The notes beneath the pieces were generated by a model. That model was not told the DNA's origin. It saw nothing but the letters and a program-made list of their open reading frames with translations, and ran no database searches. Below are positions 28,150 to 37,848 of a stretch of 64,000 bases of DNA, piece by piece; within the stretch, counting starts at the first letter, position 1, and every line of letters starts with the position of its first letter. The position numbers and the translations under genes are program-made. Origin of the DNA: a virus. The stretch is from positions 6,893-70,892 of IMG/VR virus record IMGVR_UViG_3300009177_000033; one strand, given 5' to 3'.

Positions 28150-28733
28150 AACTGCTTCGCCCCGACATTCCAACCCGCGTCAGGATCAAAGTAGCTCGAC
28201 GCCAGCTTGAAGCTTTCGGCGCCAGCGCAGAAATGCTTAAGCGCGCCGAAGGCGAGCGTCAGGATATCTATCTCGACCGGCTGCTGACTGGGCTATCGCT
28301 ATATTTGGAAAATCTGTTTCGACCGCTGCACCTCGACCACGATCCGGCGCTCGTCAATCGCAAGAAAATATTTAACCGGGCTGGCGAACACATTGGCTAC
28401 AAGCCAGCCGCGAACAATCCAAAATATTTGGTCTATCGAACCAAGGAAGATCACGACCGTAAGACGCGCGTCCGTGGCGACGGCGCGCAATATTCCGATC
28501 TCGCGTTAGCCAGAAAAAATAAACGCATCGAAAAACGGAGAAAGAAAAATGCCAATGCCAAAGGAGCTATTCGTAAGAAGGGAAGAACTGGACAACAACG
28601 AGACTTTTTTCAACGCGGACGAGGATTACCAAAAGCTCGCAAGCAATGGGGAAAAAGTAATCGTTGGCCGGTACGAACTAATCGAGACGTTCGAACTTCG
28701 ACTCGAACCGAAACTCCACCCAGTGGCGAATAA
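28146..28733 (+). CDS. HNH-like (beta-beta-alpha-Me) nuclease
   Basis: LDHDPAL...NPKYL...DHDRKT; basic tail overlaps ORF 28549-28737. Confidence 0.5.
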   Translation: MKLLRPDIPTRVRIKVARRQLEAFGASAEMLKRAEGERQDIYLDRLLTGLSLYLENLFRPLHLDHDPALVNRKKIFNRAGEHIGYKPAANNPKYLVYRTKEDHDRKTRVRGDGAQYSDLALARKNKRIEKRRKKNANAKGAIRKKGRTGQQRDFFQRGRGLPKARKQWGKSNRWPVRTNRDVRTSTRTETPPSGE

Positions 28734-29012
28734 ATGAAAATAGATCGTCGTCAGCTTCTTATCGGATCGGCAGCGTCGGTGGTCGCTTCCAGCGTTCCGG
28801 TTATATCGGCTGATCCTCTTATTCGTGGAATCGTTTGGCAGACTTTTCCGTTTGGCACAGAACCGCCTCTTGAATTTATGTCCGGACAGGTCGGCCCGAC
28901 ACGCGGGCCGCTTAAACCGACATCGTTCTGGCTGGCTCGCATGAACAACCGTGCTGGGCCGTTTTGGTCGAAACTTTACTGGCGAGATTTCGACGCGAAG
29001 GTGAGCGGATGA
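28734..29012 (+). CDS. Small protein with a Tat-like signal
   Basis: MKIDRRQLLIGSAASVVA. Confidence 0.5.
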   Translation: MKIDRRQLLIGSAASVVASSVPVISADPLIRGIVWQTFPFGTEPPLEFMSGQVGPTRGPLKPTSFWLARMNNRAGPFWSKLYWRDFDAKVSG

Positions 29013-29470
29013 AACAGGTCCCCTATTCTAGCGCGAGCGCTGGCAATCGAGCGCGGGCAGAGATTCAAAAACTGCTCGCCGCGTTCGGATGCGAGTCCGT
29101 TGGCTTCATGGATAACTTCGAAGATAAATCCGTGCTGCTCGCGTTCCAGCATAGAGGCCGGCCAGTGCAATTGCGTGCCTCTGCCGCTGGATGGGCGTCT
29201 ATGTGGCTTAAGCAGAATCCCTACACGCATCGACGCCGCGCTTCCAAAGCAGAATGGGAGCGCCAAGCGCTAGAGCAAGGCTTCCTCGCCGTTAATTCGA
29301 TCTTAAGAGATTGGGTTAAAGGTCAGATAACCGCCGTCGAGTGCGGCGTGATGTCTTTCGACGCAGCGTTTATGCCGTTCATGGTGACTGATAATGGGCA
29401 GACTGTCATCGAGCGTATTAGGAATCTTAAAGTGCTGCCCGCGCCAACCGGAGCATCGAGTGAACAGTAA
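29009..29470 (+). CDS. Conserved phage hypothetical protein
   Basis: RAEIQKLLAAFG...LRDWVKGQITAVECG...AFMPF..TDNGQTV. Confidence 0.65.
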   Translation: MKQVPYSSASAGNRARAEIQKLLAAFGCESVGFMDNFEDKSVLLAFQHRGRPVQLRASAAGWASMWLKQNPYTHRRRASKAEWERQALEQGFLAVNSILRDWVKGQITAVECGVMSFDAAFMPFMVTDNGQTVIERIRNLKVLPAPTGASSEQ

Positions 29471-30799
29471 CGAGATCATCGCGCGGCAGCTTTCGTTCCG
29501 ACAATGGGAACTGCTCGCAGAACATTTTCAGAGCCCGCGACCAGTGACTATCAACCAAGACTCGTTGGAGGCGAAAACGAGGTTGTCGTTGCTGTCGAGA
29601 AAACTGATCAGAAAATTTCCCTACAACGCGATCACCGCGACGCACACGACGCTAACCGATGAGGGCCACGGCGTGATGTGCGCTGCGTTGGGCATGATGG
29701 CCGACATGCTCGTTAGCTGTGGCTACGATGGCATCAGCAATCCGAAGCCAACGCCTAAACCGATGGAGAAATACGCCTATGGAAAACTTATTACGTCAGC
29801 GCCTGATCCGGTCGATGTCCCAGATTCTCCGTTCGATCACCCCGCAGGCTATTCGGGAAGATATCAGTCTGGATGAAATTCTCGACGACCGCTCGCTTTG
29901 CTTCGTCGTCTTATGGGAGCGAGGCTTCACCGAATACGCCCTGAACGAATATATGGACGCTGCCCGCTGCATGGCGCGTATCCGTTTGGTGAATGAGGCA
30001 CGCCATGAACAAAGCTGAAAGCGAACTGCTCGACGATGTGTTTTTGACTGGCGAGAAGCTGCTAACCCTGAACAAGAAATGGGCGGAGCAATACCAAAAA
30101 ATCCGCGACGAGCGCGACAAGCTTCGAAGCGAAATGTCCACAGTGGTCGACAACGTCGATAAGCTGCGTGCCGAGGTTGCCTGCATCAACGTCGAGAAAT
30201 GGAAGCTCAACGACGAGATTAAGCGCCTACGTGCTCGCATCGAGCAGATGGAGGCGCGTCATGGCAGTTGATTGGATCGAGTGCATGGAGTTTTCCGCAG
30301 CAGGGCTCAACGAGTCGATGGAGTGCGTCGCCACCGTTTCAAGCGCGATATCTCTTAAGCGGATTGCTGATGCGCTCGACGCTCAAAACGAGATCGCAAA
30401 GCTCCGCGCTTGCATCGAGCGTATCGATAGCATCAACGACAACCCGGCGATCTTCAATAAAGAGATAAACGAGGCCATCACAAACGCTATTGCTGGGCGC
30501 GGGCAGACCGGCTTTCGCAGCATCCTTAGTTGGGAGAAAACGCCATGATGTGGAACGTCTTTTCCATTCTGCTGTCCGTCGCGCTTTTCTTCGTGGTGAC
30601 GTTTCTGCTCAAGCTGGTATTGGCCGGCGATAAGCGCAAACAATATTTCTGCCACCACCATTGGGGCGATTGGGTGGAAGAAGATGCCTATCTCCACGCA
30701 AACGATTATTTCGACAGGCTACGTCTCGCTTCCGAAGGCCAGCGCCTAATCAAGACGTGCGAGAAATGCGGCAAAAGGAGAACACGATGGATCGGGTAA
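29460..30799 (+). other. Run of small hypothetical ORFs, including a coiled-coil protein ending at 30271 and one preceded by the start motif (29779-30018)
   Basis: Coupled starts and stops. Confidence 0.5.
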
Positions 30800-31389
30800 T
30801 AGGTTTGCAACGTCTGATTTTGTTTCTGGCGCTAATTCTTTCTGCGCCAGCTAAAGCGGACACAATTTATGACTTCCACCTTTATGCTGGCCCTGCTGCC
30901 GCTGGCAGCGCGTCGGCAATAGGCACAATTGTATTCGGCGATAACCCGGGATGGAATGTTACGATCACAAATTATTTATCTAACGGGCAACTATACGCGC
31001 AAAACAGTTACGACAATACAACCGGCACGATGAGCGCAGTATTCGTCACCGAAGATGGCCTATTGGCCGTTCCGACTTCAACAAACTTTATGATGACTGG
31101 CCCTTGCGGACAATTGTGCGCGGTGAGCTTTCAGTTTCATTCTTTTTATCCCGGTGGGCCTGTCAGTCACCGGATCGGAACGGTCCTCGATCTCACTACG
31201 CCTTGGACGCCGGATTCTTTTATCATTGGTACGCTAGCCAATGTCGAAACGCCTTTAGCTTTATCTTTTTATTCTGGCTCGCCGGTCGATTCAGCGCCGG
31301 GGCCAGTCGTCGGCGCTGGATTGCCCGGTCTCATAATGATCGGTGGAAGCCTTGTCGCTCTATGGCGGCGAAGGAGGACAACGCGATGA
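30787..31389 (+). CDS. Secreted protein with a PEP-CTERM-like (PGP..GAGLPGL) sorting signal
   Basis: AAGGAG RBS; signal peptide ...LILSAPAKA|D; C-terminus APGPVVGAGLPGLIMIGGSLVALWRRRR. Confidence 0.75.
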   Translation: MDRVIGLQRLILFLALILSAPAKADTIYDFHLYAGPAAAGSASAIGTIVFGDNPGWNVTITNYLSNGQLYAQNSYDNTTGTMSAVFVTEDGLLAVPTSTNFMMTGPCGQLCAVSFQFHSFYPGGPVSHRIGTVLDLTTPWTPDSFIIGTLANVETPLALSFYSGSPVDSAPGPVVGAGLPGLIMIGGSLVALWRRRRTTR

Positions 31390-32575
31390 CGGCTTTCCGC
31401 GTGCGAGGCTTTGCCAGCGGCCGACACCCAGATCAAGTGCCGTTTGGCAAGCTGCTGCTCGAAACATCGCACACCACAGAGACGAGCGCTTATGTCGAAA
31501 TCGAAGCTTGGAAAGAGCGCATGAAGCGCGGCGAGGTTAGCAGGGTGGAGCTCGTCGATCAGCGCGTCGGCGGAGCGCTTACAAATCTCGATGTGCAGCC
31601 GCACACAGATATCCCGTGGTCATGGAGAAAAAAATGATCGCTCCGCGCTACAACATTCCGCCACACGCGGTTCTCGATAGGCCGCCGACTCTGGAAGAGC
31701 GGCTAATAAAAGCGGCCAAACGTCTGCGGCGAGCAGAGACAGAATATCATCGCGCTATCGCCGCCGACGAGCAGCCGAGGCTTTGGAAAGCTGGAAACGC
31801 ATACCAAGCGGCAAAATGGAATCTCTATAAAGTTGCGGGGGTATGAAAAATGAAAACCATGATCACGCTTTTAATGAGTAACGGGCGAGCTAAGGCCGCA
31901 GCTAGTTTCGAAGTTGATTTGAAATGGTGCGCTCTAACGCCCGAGAGCGCAGAAAAGATTCGCGGATTTTCGCCTCGTTATCTTTACGATTTTACGCTTA
32001 GCGATCCCACGGGACATTATCGTTTCTACACCATTATGCCGCGCGGCAATAAAGGCAGACCGCAAAGCCGAGGCAGCAGACTTGCGACGAAGCGCCGACG
32101 AACAATCGCCAAGCGGAGCTTTTGAAATGACAACGGCAACCAACCGAACCGATTTTATAAAATTTATCGCTCGCCTGTGCGCGGGCCAGTCGGCGCTTCC
32201 AAATCAGATCGAGGCTTTTGAGAAGTATTACGATGCCAACGCCCCTCACGCCGACAATCTGATCGCAGTCGATGAGGTTCTGATTTCCGGCACGGCAAAT
32301 AAATCAATGCCTGTTGTTTTCGAACTGTACAAAAACGACAAAAAAGTAAACGTCTGCGCCATCAATTTGTTCGGTGGAATCTATCGCTGGTACACGGGGC
32401 CTGATCAGAAAGTAATCGCCGCCGAAAGCGATATCTACTGGCAAGTTCGCCGCAATACCTATGGCGTGAGCGCAGACTTTTTCAGGCACTATGTCGGCCA
32501 GATCAGCTTCATCGATTCAAAATATAAGCGCCACTGCCTGACGATGACCAAAGCACAAGGATCGATTGTCGACCC

Positions 32576-33205
32576 ATGATTTATGAACCGTTCATCGATA
32601 AAGCGCACCGCTACAGCAAGAGCGGATTAATGCGCCTGCGCGCAACGTGGATGGCGTGTGCGCAAGTCGACCACAGCGATATCCCTGGCGCATTTGTGGA
32701 GTGCGGCGTATGGCGAGGCGGCAACGTCATGGTGGCGCGTTGGGCGTCGCCGCTTCGCCATTGCTGGCTCTACGATACTTTCGAAGGCATGACAGAGCCC
32801 GGTAAATACGACATCAAAAACAAACCTAATTCTAAGCCTCTGGACGATAGCTGGATCGGCAAGCTTGCCGTCAGCGTGGAAGCGGTAACCGAAAATCTAA
32901 AAGAGGTTGATGTGTTCGACGACGAGCGCGTCCGCTTCATCAAAGGCGACGTGCGCAAGACACTGCTCGAGGAAAATAATCTGCCAGAGCAGATCGCCGT
33001 GCTGCGATTGGATACTGATCTTTACGACAGCACCAAAATTGAGATGGAAGCTTTGTATCCGCGCCTCAGCGTCGGCGGGTTTCTGATCGTCGATGATTTC
33101 GGCCACTGGCAAGGCGCGCGAAAAGCAGTCATCGATTATCTGGGAAAGAAATCGAAGGGGCTTAAGCCAATCGACTACACCGGAGTCTGGATGCAAAAGG
33201 AATAA
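32576..33205 (+). CDS. TylF/MycF/NovP-family sugar O-methyltransferase
   Basis: PGAFVECGVWRGG, YDTFEGM, LRLDTDLYDST, LYPRLSVGGFLIVDD.GHWQGA. Confidence 0.9.
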   Translation: MIYEPFIDKAHRYSKSGLMRLRATWMACAQVDHSDIPGAFVECGVWRGGNVMVARWASPLRHCWLYDTFEGMTEPGKYDIKNKPNSKPLDDSWIGKLAVSVEAVTENLKEVDVFDDERVRFIKGDVRKTLLEENNLPEQIAVLRLDTDLYDSTKIEMEALYPRLSVGGFLIVDDFGHWQGARKAVIDYLGKKSKGLKPIDYTGVWMQKE

Positions 33206-33217
33206 AGGAGACGAGCC

Positions 33218-34162
33218 ATGACAACAGCAACGAAAGTGGCCGCGTGGATTCTGGCCTGTGCAATTTGGTTTGTTGGATACGTTTTATGTTTCGGCCTACC
33301 TGCTCCCGCATCGCCGACCTGCATGTCGATCAGAGAAGCGCGCGCAGAATACCCGCGAGATCATCTTTATAAGCGCGATGGTTGCTGGGACAGCAAACGC
33401 AAGCGTCGCATCGTTCCCATCGATCTAAGCGACAAGCGAATAGCCGACGCAAACGGTATGGTTATTGCGCCGATCGATCCACCGCCGCCGCCCGAATATG
33501 ACAAGTTTGTCGGCCCGCATGAGCCGATGCTGAACTATATGGTGCCAGAGATCGCGTTCAAGAAATCGGATCGGCTAGATGCTGTCTTTGAAGAGGAAGC
33601 GAAGCCAGAGCCGCCGAAGATCGTAAAGACAGAAACGATAGTCGAGCACCCGAAAGGTTCGATGCGCTGGGACGAGCGGATCGTCCTATGGGTTTTAATT
33701 CTAAGCTCAGCTTCAACATTCGCAGTTATCACCGCGTACATAATTTCCCGCACAACGTTCCCGACGCTCCCAGATCGTTGGCGGAAACTTTTAGGGGGCA
33801 GGAGAAAAACCGATGCAGACGAACACTACACCCGAATCCCTGTTGCGCGAGTTAATCGACAGCTTAAAGGGACAGGAGAACGCGCGATTGCGGGAGGCGA
33901 TGGCCCGCGAGATCAACAACCATATATTTATCCGCGGCACATTTTCGACGAGTGGTGGGGAATTAACGAGCGAGGACATGGACGTGATCCTAGCCCGCCT
34001 GCAAGTCGTCCAGACGACTTTAGCGCTCTCGGCGCGTGGGCAAAGTCACGAGGCTTACGCCCCGAGACGCCACCAGCAACCGCATCCGAAATTGAGCCCA
34101 GTCAATCTCGACAGGCTCGAAAAAGAAATCGTTGGTGGAAGCGGTTCTCGATAGCGTCATGA
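33218..34162 (+). CDS. Membrane-anchored hypothetical protein; 3' part overlaps ORF 33813-34154
   Basis: AAGGAG RBS, N-terminal signal/TM and a second TM. Confidence 0.5.
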   Translation: MTTATKVAAWILACAIWFVGYVLCFGLPAPASPTCMSIREARAEYPRDHLYKRDGCWDSKRKRRIVPIDLSDKRIADANGMVIAPIDPPPPPEYDKFVGPHEPMLNYMVPEIAFKKSDRLDAVFEEEAKPEPPKIVKTETIVEHPKGSMRWDERIVLWVLILSSASTFAVITAYIISRTTFPTLPDRWRKLLGGRRKTDADEHYTRIPVARVNRQLKGTGERAIAGGDGPRDQQPYIYPRHIFDEWWGINERGHGRDPSPPASRPDDFSALGAWAKSRGLRPETPPATASEIEPSQSRQARKRNRWWKRFSIAS

Positions 34163-34704
34163 CGCCGCTAACTAAAGCGCGTCGCAATCTAGTCGCTCGC
34201 CTTCGGGCGGGCGACATTGCAGCCGACGAGCTGAAGCTTGGCGAGTTCGCGCGGTGCGCATTGGACATCTGGATCGCCAAGAGAAAGACGAAAGAGGCAG
34301 ACGGTCTCCGAAATGAGGCGCTGAAACGCCTCGCTGATTTTGAGTCCGCTATTCAAAAAGGATACGGAAATGGGAATCAGAAAAATTGAAGATGCAGAAA
34401 TACCGGTAATGGATGGTTCACGCGCTGCTTATGTGACCATTGGCGACATAGCGCAATACGTCGCCGATAAGAAGGCGAAGCAGCCAGAGGAAGCGGAGGT
34501 TGGCTTTGTCGCCACCGCATTACTCGGTGCCGCTGCCGTTGCGAATAAGTCGCCAGTTATTACGCGGCGATTCTGGTCGCTCAGGAGAGGTTAATGCGGA
34601 ACAACGGTGATCTGGCTTTGGGGATATTGCTTGGCTTGCTGACGCTTGCCGGCTCGGCAATCCTTCTCTACCAAATCCTCAAATTATTCGCATAGGGGTG
34701 GGAA

Positions 34705-34878
34705 ATGACGGTTACAGAGATACGCGAGGGCGACGAGTTCTTCACTGATCCGGTGGAGTGCCGTCAATGCCAATGGGTCGGCTTTGTCGGTGACTTGATA
34801 GCCGGGATGAAGCCAAAACCATATTGCCCCGAATGTGGGAGCATGGACATTGGCGCAGTTCAGATTGTGCGAACGTGA
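34705..34878 (+). CDS. Small zinc-ribbon protein
   Basis: Manual translation MTVTEIREG...ECRQCQW...YCPECGS. Confidence 0.5.
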   Translation: MTVTEIREGDEFFTDPVECRQCQWVGFVGDLIAGMKPKPYCPECGSMDIGAVQIVRT

Positions 34879-35621
34879 GGGGTGGTGAATGATCGGCGGG
34901 CACATTTGTTGCAAGGGCCTCATCCTAAGTGGTGAGTCTGACCCCTTCGTGAGATTGGGTTGTAAATGTGCCCACCCGTCACTCATGCGCCAGAAATGAC
35001 AGGGAGGTTGATATGAGCGGTAATCCAAGAACGCGCAAGCCGCTTGACGGGTGGCCTAGAATATATCTGCGTTGTGTCGATGCTGGCACCGACAATGAAT
35101 GTTGGATTGTATGTGCCAAGGGCGATCCCGGTGCCATCCCGTTTCTACGCGAAGAAACTTAACCGCCGCTAAACACACCGGAGGATGATTTGACCTACGA
35201 TACAAAATGTTACGAACTTGCAGAACATTTCCTTGGGTCGAAACCTGAGATTGAGAACCTTAGAAAGCGCCTTGCCTACGATATTCAATGCAACGTCGAG
35301 GCGTGGCTTGAAATGGAGCGCGACCAAATAATCGAGTCAATTATCGCTCATGGCTAGTGTGAGCACGACAATGGGATTTGCTGACAACCCGTATCACGCA
35401 CAGACGCAGATCATGGATTGGCTGCGGCAGAAGGGCCATAAGGTTGATTATGGTCGCCGGGAGACTGCGCGAGAGCGATTCATCATGCGATCATGCACAA
35501 TGAAAAAGCGATATTCGATTGAGCCACCGCTACTGCTAAACGAGCGTGCCTACTCGTGCGAGTTCTGTCAGGGCTGGCACAAGACAGTCAAAAAGTAGGA
35601 AATGGACGCATTCGTGTCGTG

Positions 35622-35661
35622 AAAATAAAAAAGGGGCGGAACCGCCAACTGGCTCCGCCCC
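35622..35661 (-). terminator. Rho-independent terminator ending the late operon
   Basis: Minus strand GGGGCGGAGCC-loop-GGTTCCGCCCC-TTTTTT at the convergence of the two operons. Confidence 0.8.
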
Positions 35662-35842
35662 CAAGACCACAACAGCACGAGACTTTTAACAATGTCCGAC
35701 AAATGGCGCAAGAATAAACGCGACTGGTATCACCGTAATAAGGTTTGGTTGAAGATCAAACGCGAGCTTGGATTTACTACCGAGCGAGCGCAGCAACTAG
35801 CGCCACCAATCCGGCTACCGCGCACCCGCGCTCGAATAAAAG

Positions 35843-36196
35843 CTAAAGCTTCGGACGGTTTTCAAGTTGTCGCTCTAGACGCTGTAGGACCGTCTCAACA
35901 GCCGTCAGACGATTACCGATAAGCTCTACCTTTGATGTTAGATCGCGCGCCTGCCCATCGCGTGAAATCACCGTGGCGCTAAGTTCAGATCGAATTTGCG
36001 TGGCGGCTTGCGTCGCGTTTTCTACGCGCAGAGACAGAATATCAACCTTATTGGTTAAGCCATTCCAAGTCGCGAAGGCCGTACCAATCAAACCGATCAG
36101 CGCAACGAGGTTGGCGACAGAAACGACATTGACTTTGATCTTGCCGCCTACGCCGCGATCAACCTCAAACGGGCCATCGACGTTTGTCATTGTCAT
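35843..36196 (-). CDS. Single-TM coiled-coil protein downstream of the lysis genes
   Basis: TM helix followed by heptad repeats. Confidence 0.6.
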   Translation of the reverse strand: MTMTNVDGPFEVDRGVGGKIKVNVVSVANLVALIGLIGTAFATWNGLTNKVDILSLRVENATQAATQIRSELSATVISRDGQARDLTSKVELIGNRLTAVETVLQRLERQLENRPKL

Positions 36197-36402
36197 TTTC
36201 CTCTGCAAGCTCGCGCCTTATCGCGGAGCTTTCCATAGTCGCGTATCGCTTCGTGGACAGCCGTTCCCGATTTCTTAAGCTCGTCGGCTAGCTGCCGCTG
36301 GAACTCACGCGAATAGACTTTTTCTGTCGGGCAACTGCGCGGATCAAAATTTGCCGTCACGCAGCCGCTTATCAACATCGTCATCGGTATCAGGACGAGC
36401 AT
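36193..36402 (-). CDS. o-spanin (Rz1-like lipoprotein)
   Basis: Lipobox LISGC; overlaps the i-spanin 3' end; C-terminal RAC. Confidence 0.7.
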   Translation of the reverse strand: MLVLIPMTMLISGCVTANFDPRSCPTEKVYSREFQRQLADELKKSGTAVHEAIRDYGKLRDKARACRGK

Positions 36403-36643
36403 CGATCTTTTCGAACTTTTCCTGATTGCGTTTAACAGCAGCATCGCTTTTCTTCCTTTCCTCGGCGGCACGGTCTGCCGATCCTTTCGCATATAGTGCC
36501 GCTGCGCTGCCAACGACAACAGCAGCCTCTATAGCGAGTCGCCGCAACGGCGGTATGAACCACGCGACTGCAAGACATGCGATTACGATCAGCCCCGAGA
36601 GGCCGATCCACGCGACTGTTGAGTGCCAGAACCATTCAGCCAT
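36344..36643 (-). CDS. i-spanin (Rz-like)
   Basis: N-terminal TM segments plus helical C-terminus, directly after the endolysin. Confidence 0.65.
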   Translation of the reverse strand: MAEWFWHSTVAWIGLSGLIVIACLAVAWFIPPLRRLAIEAAVVVGSAAALYAKGSADRAAEERKKSDAAVKRNQEKFEKIDARPDTDDDVDKRLRDGKF

Positions 36644-37574
36644 CGGAGTCGTCCTGCGATAGGTGTTTGATGATGTTATTTACGTCGATACGCCCCTTGA
36701 TCACCAAATACAGCCCGAGGCTCAGCGCACCCACAATGAACACCAACGCGGCGAAGCCCCATGGCGTTGCAATGTACTGGAAAGAACCCATTACTGCGGC
36801 AGATATGCCACTGAGCCAAGTAATGATGCCGCCCCAAATCGTCTTGCTCTTTTCAAGCGGCTTGACTTGAGAGACCGTATCGTCCGCTTTCGGGCTGGCT
36901 GGCGTAGGCTCAGGCTGAATGGGAGCGTCGGTCGGGACAAGTGGCGGTGCTGCATCGATGTCGAACTTGGCGGTTGGATCCATTGCCATGATTTGCCGCA
37001 ATAGGGCCATGGCGCCTATCTGCTCATCGTAAAGCGGCTTGCCAGTTTTTGGATCGACTGTCGCGTAAACGCCGTCCGAAATGTATTTGCCGGGTTTCTG
37101 AATATTCGTCCCTGCCCAGAGGTACGGGCTAGGGATATTTTTATTCGGGTTGCGATAGCCAAAGCCATTGAACTTTTCCGCCGCATAGGCGACGCGCTCC
37201 GGTCCCCAATCTTTAACGTTGTGGAGCTGCTCGCCGATGATCGCGTCGGCTGCGCCTGCCTCCCAGCTAATATTCGGATCGGTTGGCCGGCCCTTCGGTA
37301 CGTTGACGGTTCGAACCGGCTTGCCGTCTCGGCGCATCGGATCGCCGTTGTGCAGCCAGGTATTAAAATTGCCGTTGCTTTCGCGCATATGCAGACAGCC
37401 GACGCAGAACCAAGGCATCCCGGTCATTTTCTCGACGGTTTGATATCGCGCCTTATTCGCTGGCGAGCAGACTTTGCCAGCCTGCTTGTTCGTCTCGGTA
37501 AGCTTCGTGACGATCATCTTATCCCAGAGCGCTTTGTATTCTGGTTGCAGCGTCGAATAGGAATATTGCGCCAT
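36636..37574 (-). CDS. Endolysin (lysozyme-like) with C-terminal TM segments
   Basis: HMRESNGNF...LHNGDP, EKFNGFGY, SPYLWAG, GKYISDG; Pro-rich linker then two hydrophobic helices. Confidence 0.8.
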   Translation of the reverse strand: MAQYSYSTLQPEYKALWDKMIVTKLTETNKQAGKVCSPANKARYQTVEKMTGMPWFCVGCLHMRESNGNFNTWLHNGDPMRRDGKPVRTVNVPKGRPTDPNISWEAGAADAIIGEQLHNVKDWGPERVAYAAEKFNGFGYRNPNKNIPSPYLWAGTNIQKPGKYISDGVYATVDPKTGKPLYDEQIGAMALLRQIMAMDPTAKFDIDAAPPLVPTDAPIQPEPTPASPKADDTVSQVKPLEKSKTIWGGIITWLSGISAAVMGSFQYIATPWGFAALVFIVGALSLGLYLVIKGRIDVNNIIKHLSQDDSDG

Positions 37575-37575
37575 G

Positions 37576-37839
37576 TCAGCCCCCGAGCAGTTTCTTGACG
37601 GGTGCGAAAGAAATCATTCCGCCCCACCAGAAATGACAACTGAGAAATCCGAGAACGAAACCAAGCACGCCGACGAAGATTACAATGATGGCTGGATGGT
37701 CCACTGTTATCTCCCATACGAAGCGCGAGAATGTCGGAACGTGATGCTTAAGCGCGTAAGCTTCCAGCGCCGCGAAACTTAAGATGATCGCCAAGATGAT
37801 GCTGATCACCCAAAGCGGCCAGACGAGATACATATTCAT
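37576..37839 (-). CDS. Holin candidate
   Basis: 87 aa, two TM helices, immediately upstream of the endolysin. Confidence 0.55.
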   Translation of the reverse strand: MNMYLVWPLWVISIILAIILSFAALEAYALKHHVPTFSRFVWEITVDHPAIIVIFVGVLGFVLGFLSCHFWWGGMISFAPVKKLLGG

Positions 37840-37848
37840 TGCTGCCCC

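Noticed and set aside
33813-34162. Long dual-frame overlap (33218-34162 versus 33813-34154) as an overprinted gene
   Set aside because: The inner ORF has its own GGAG RBS and helical protein-like sequence, while the outer tail looks like low-information read-through; cannot support both as functional.
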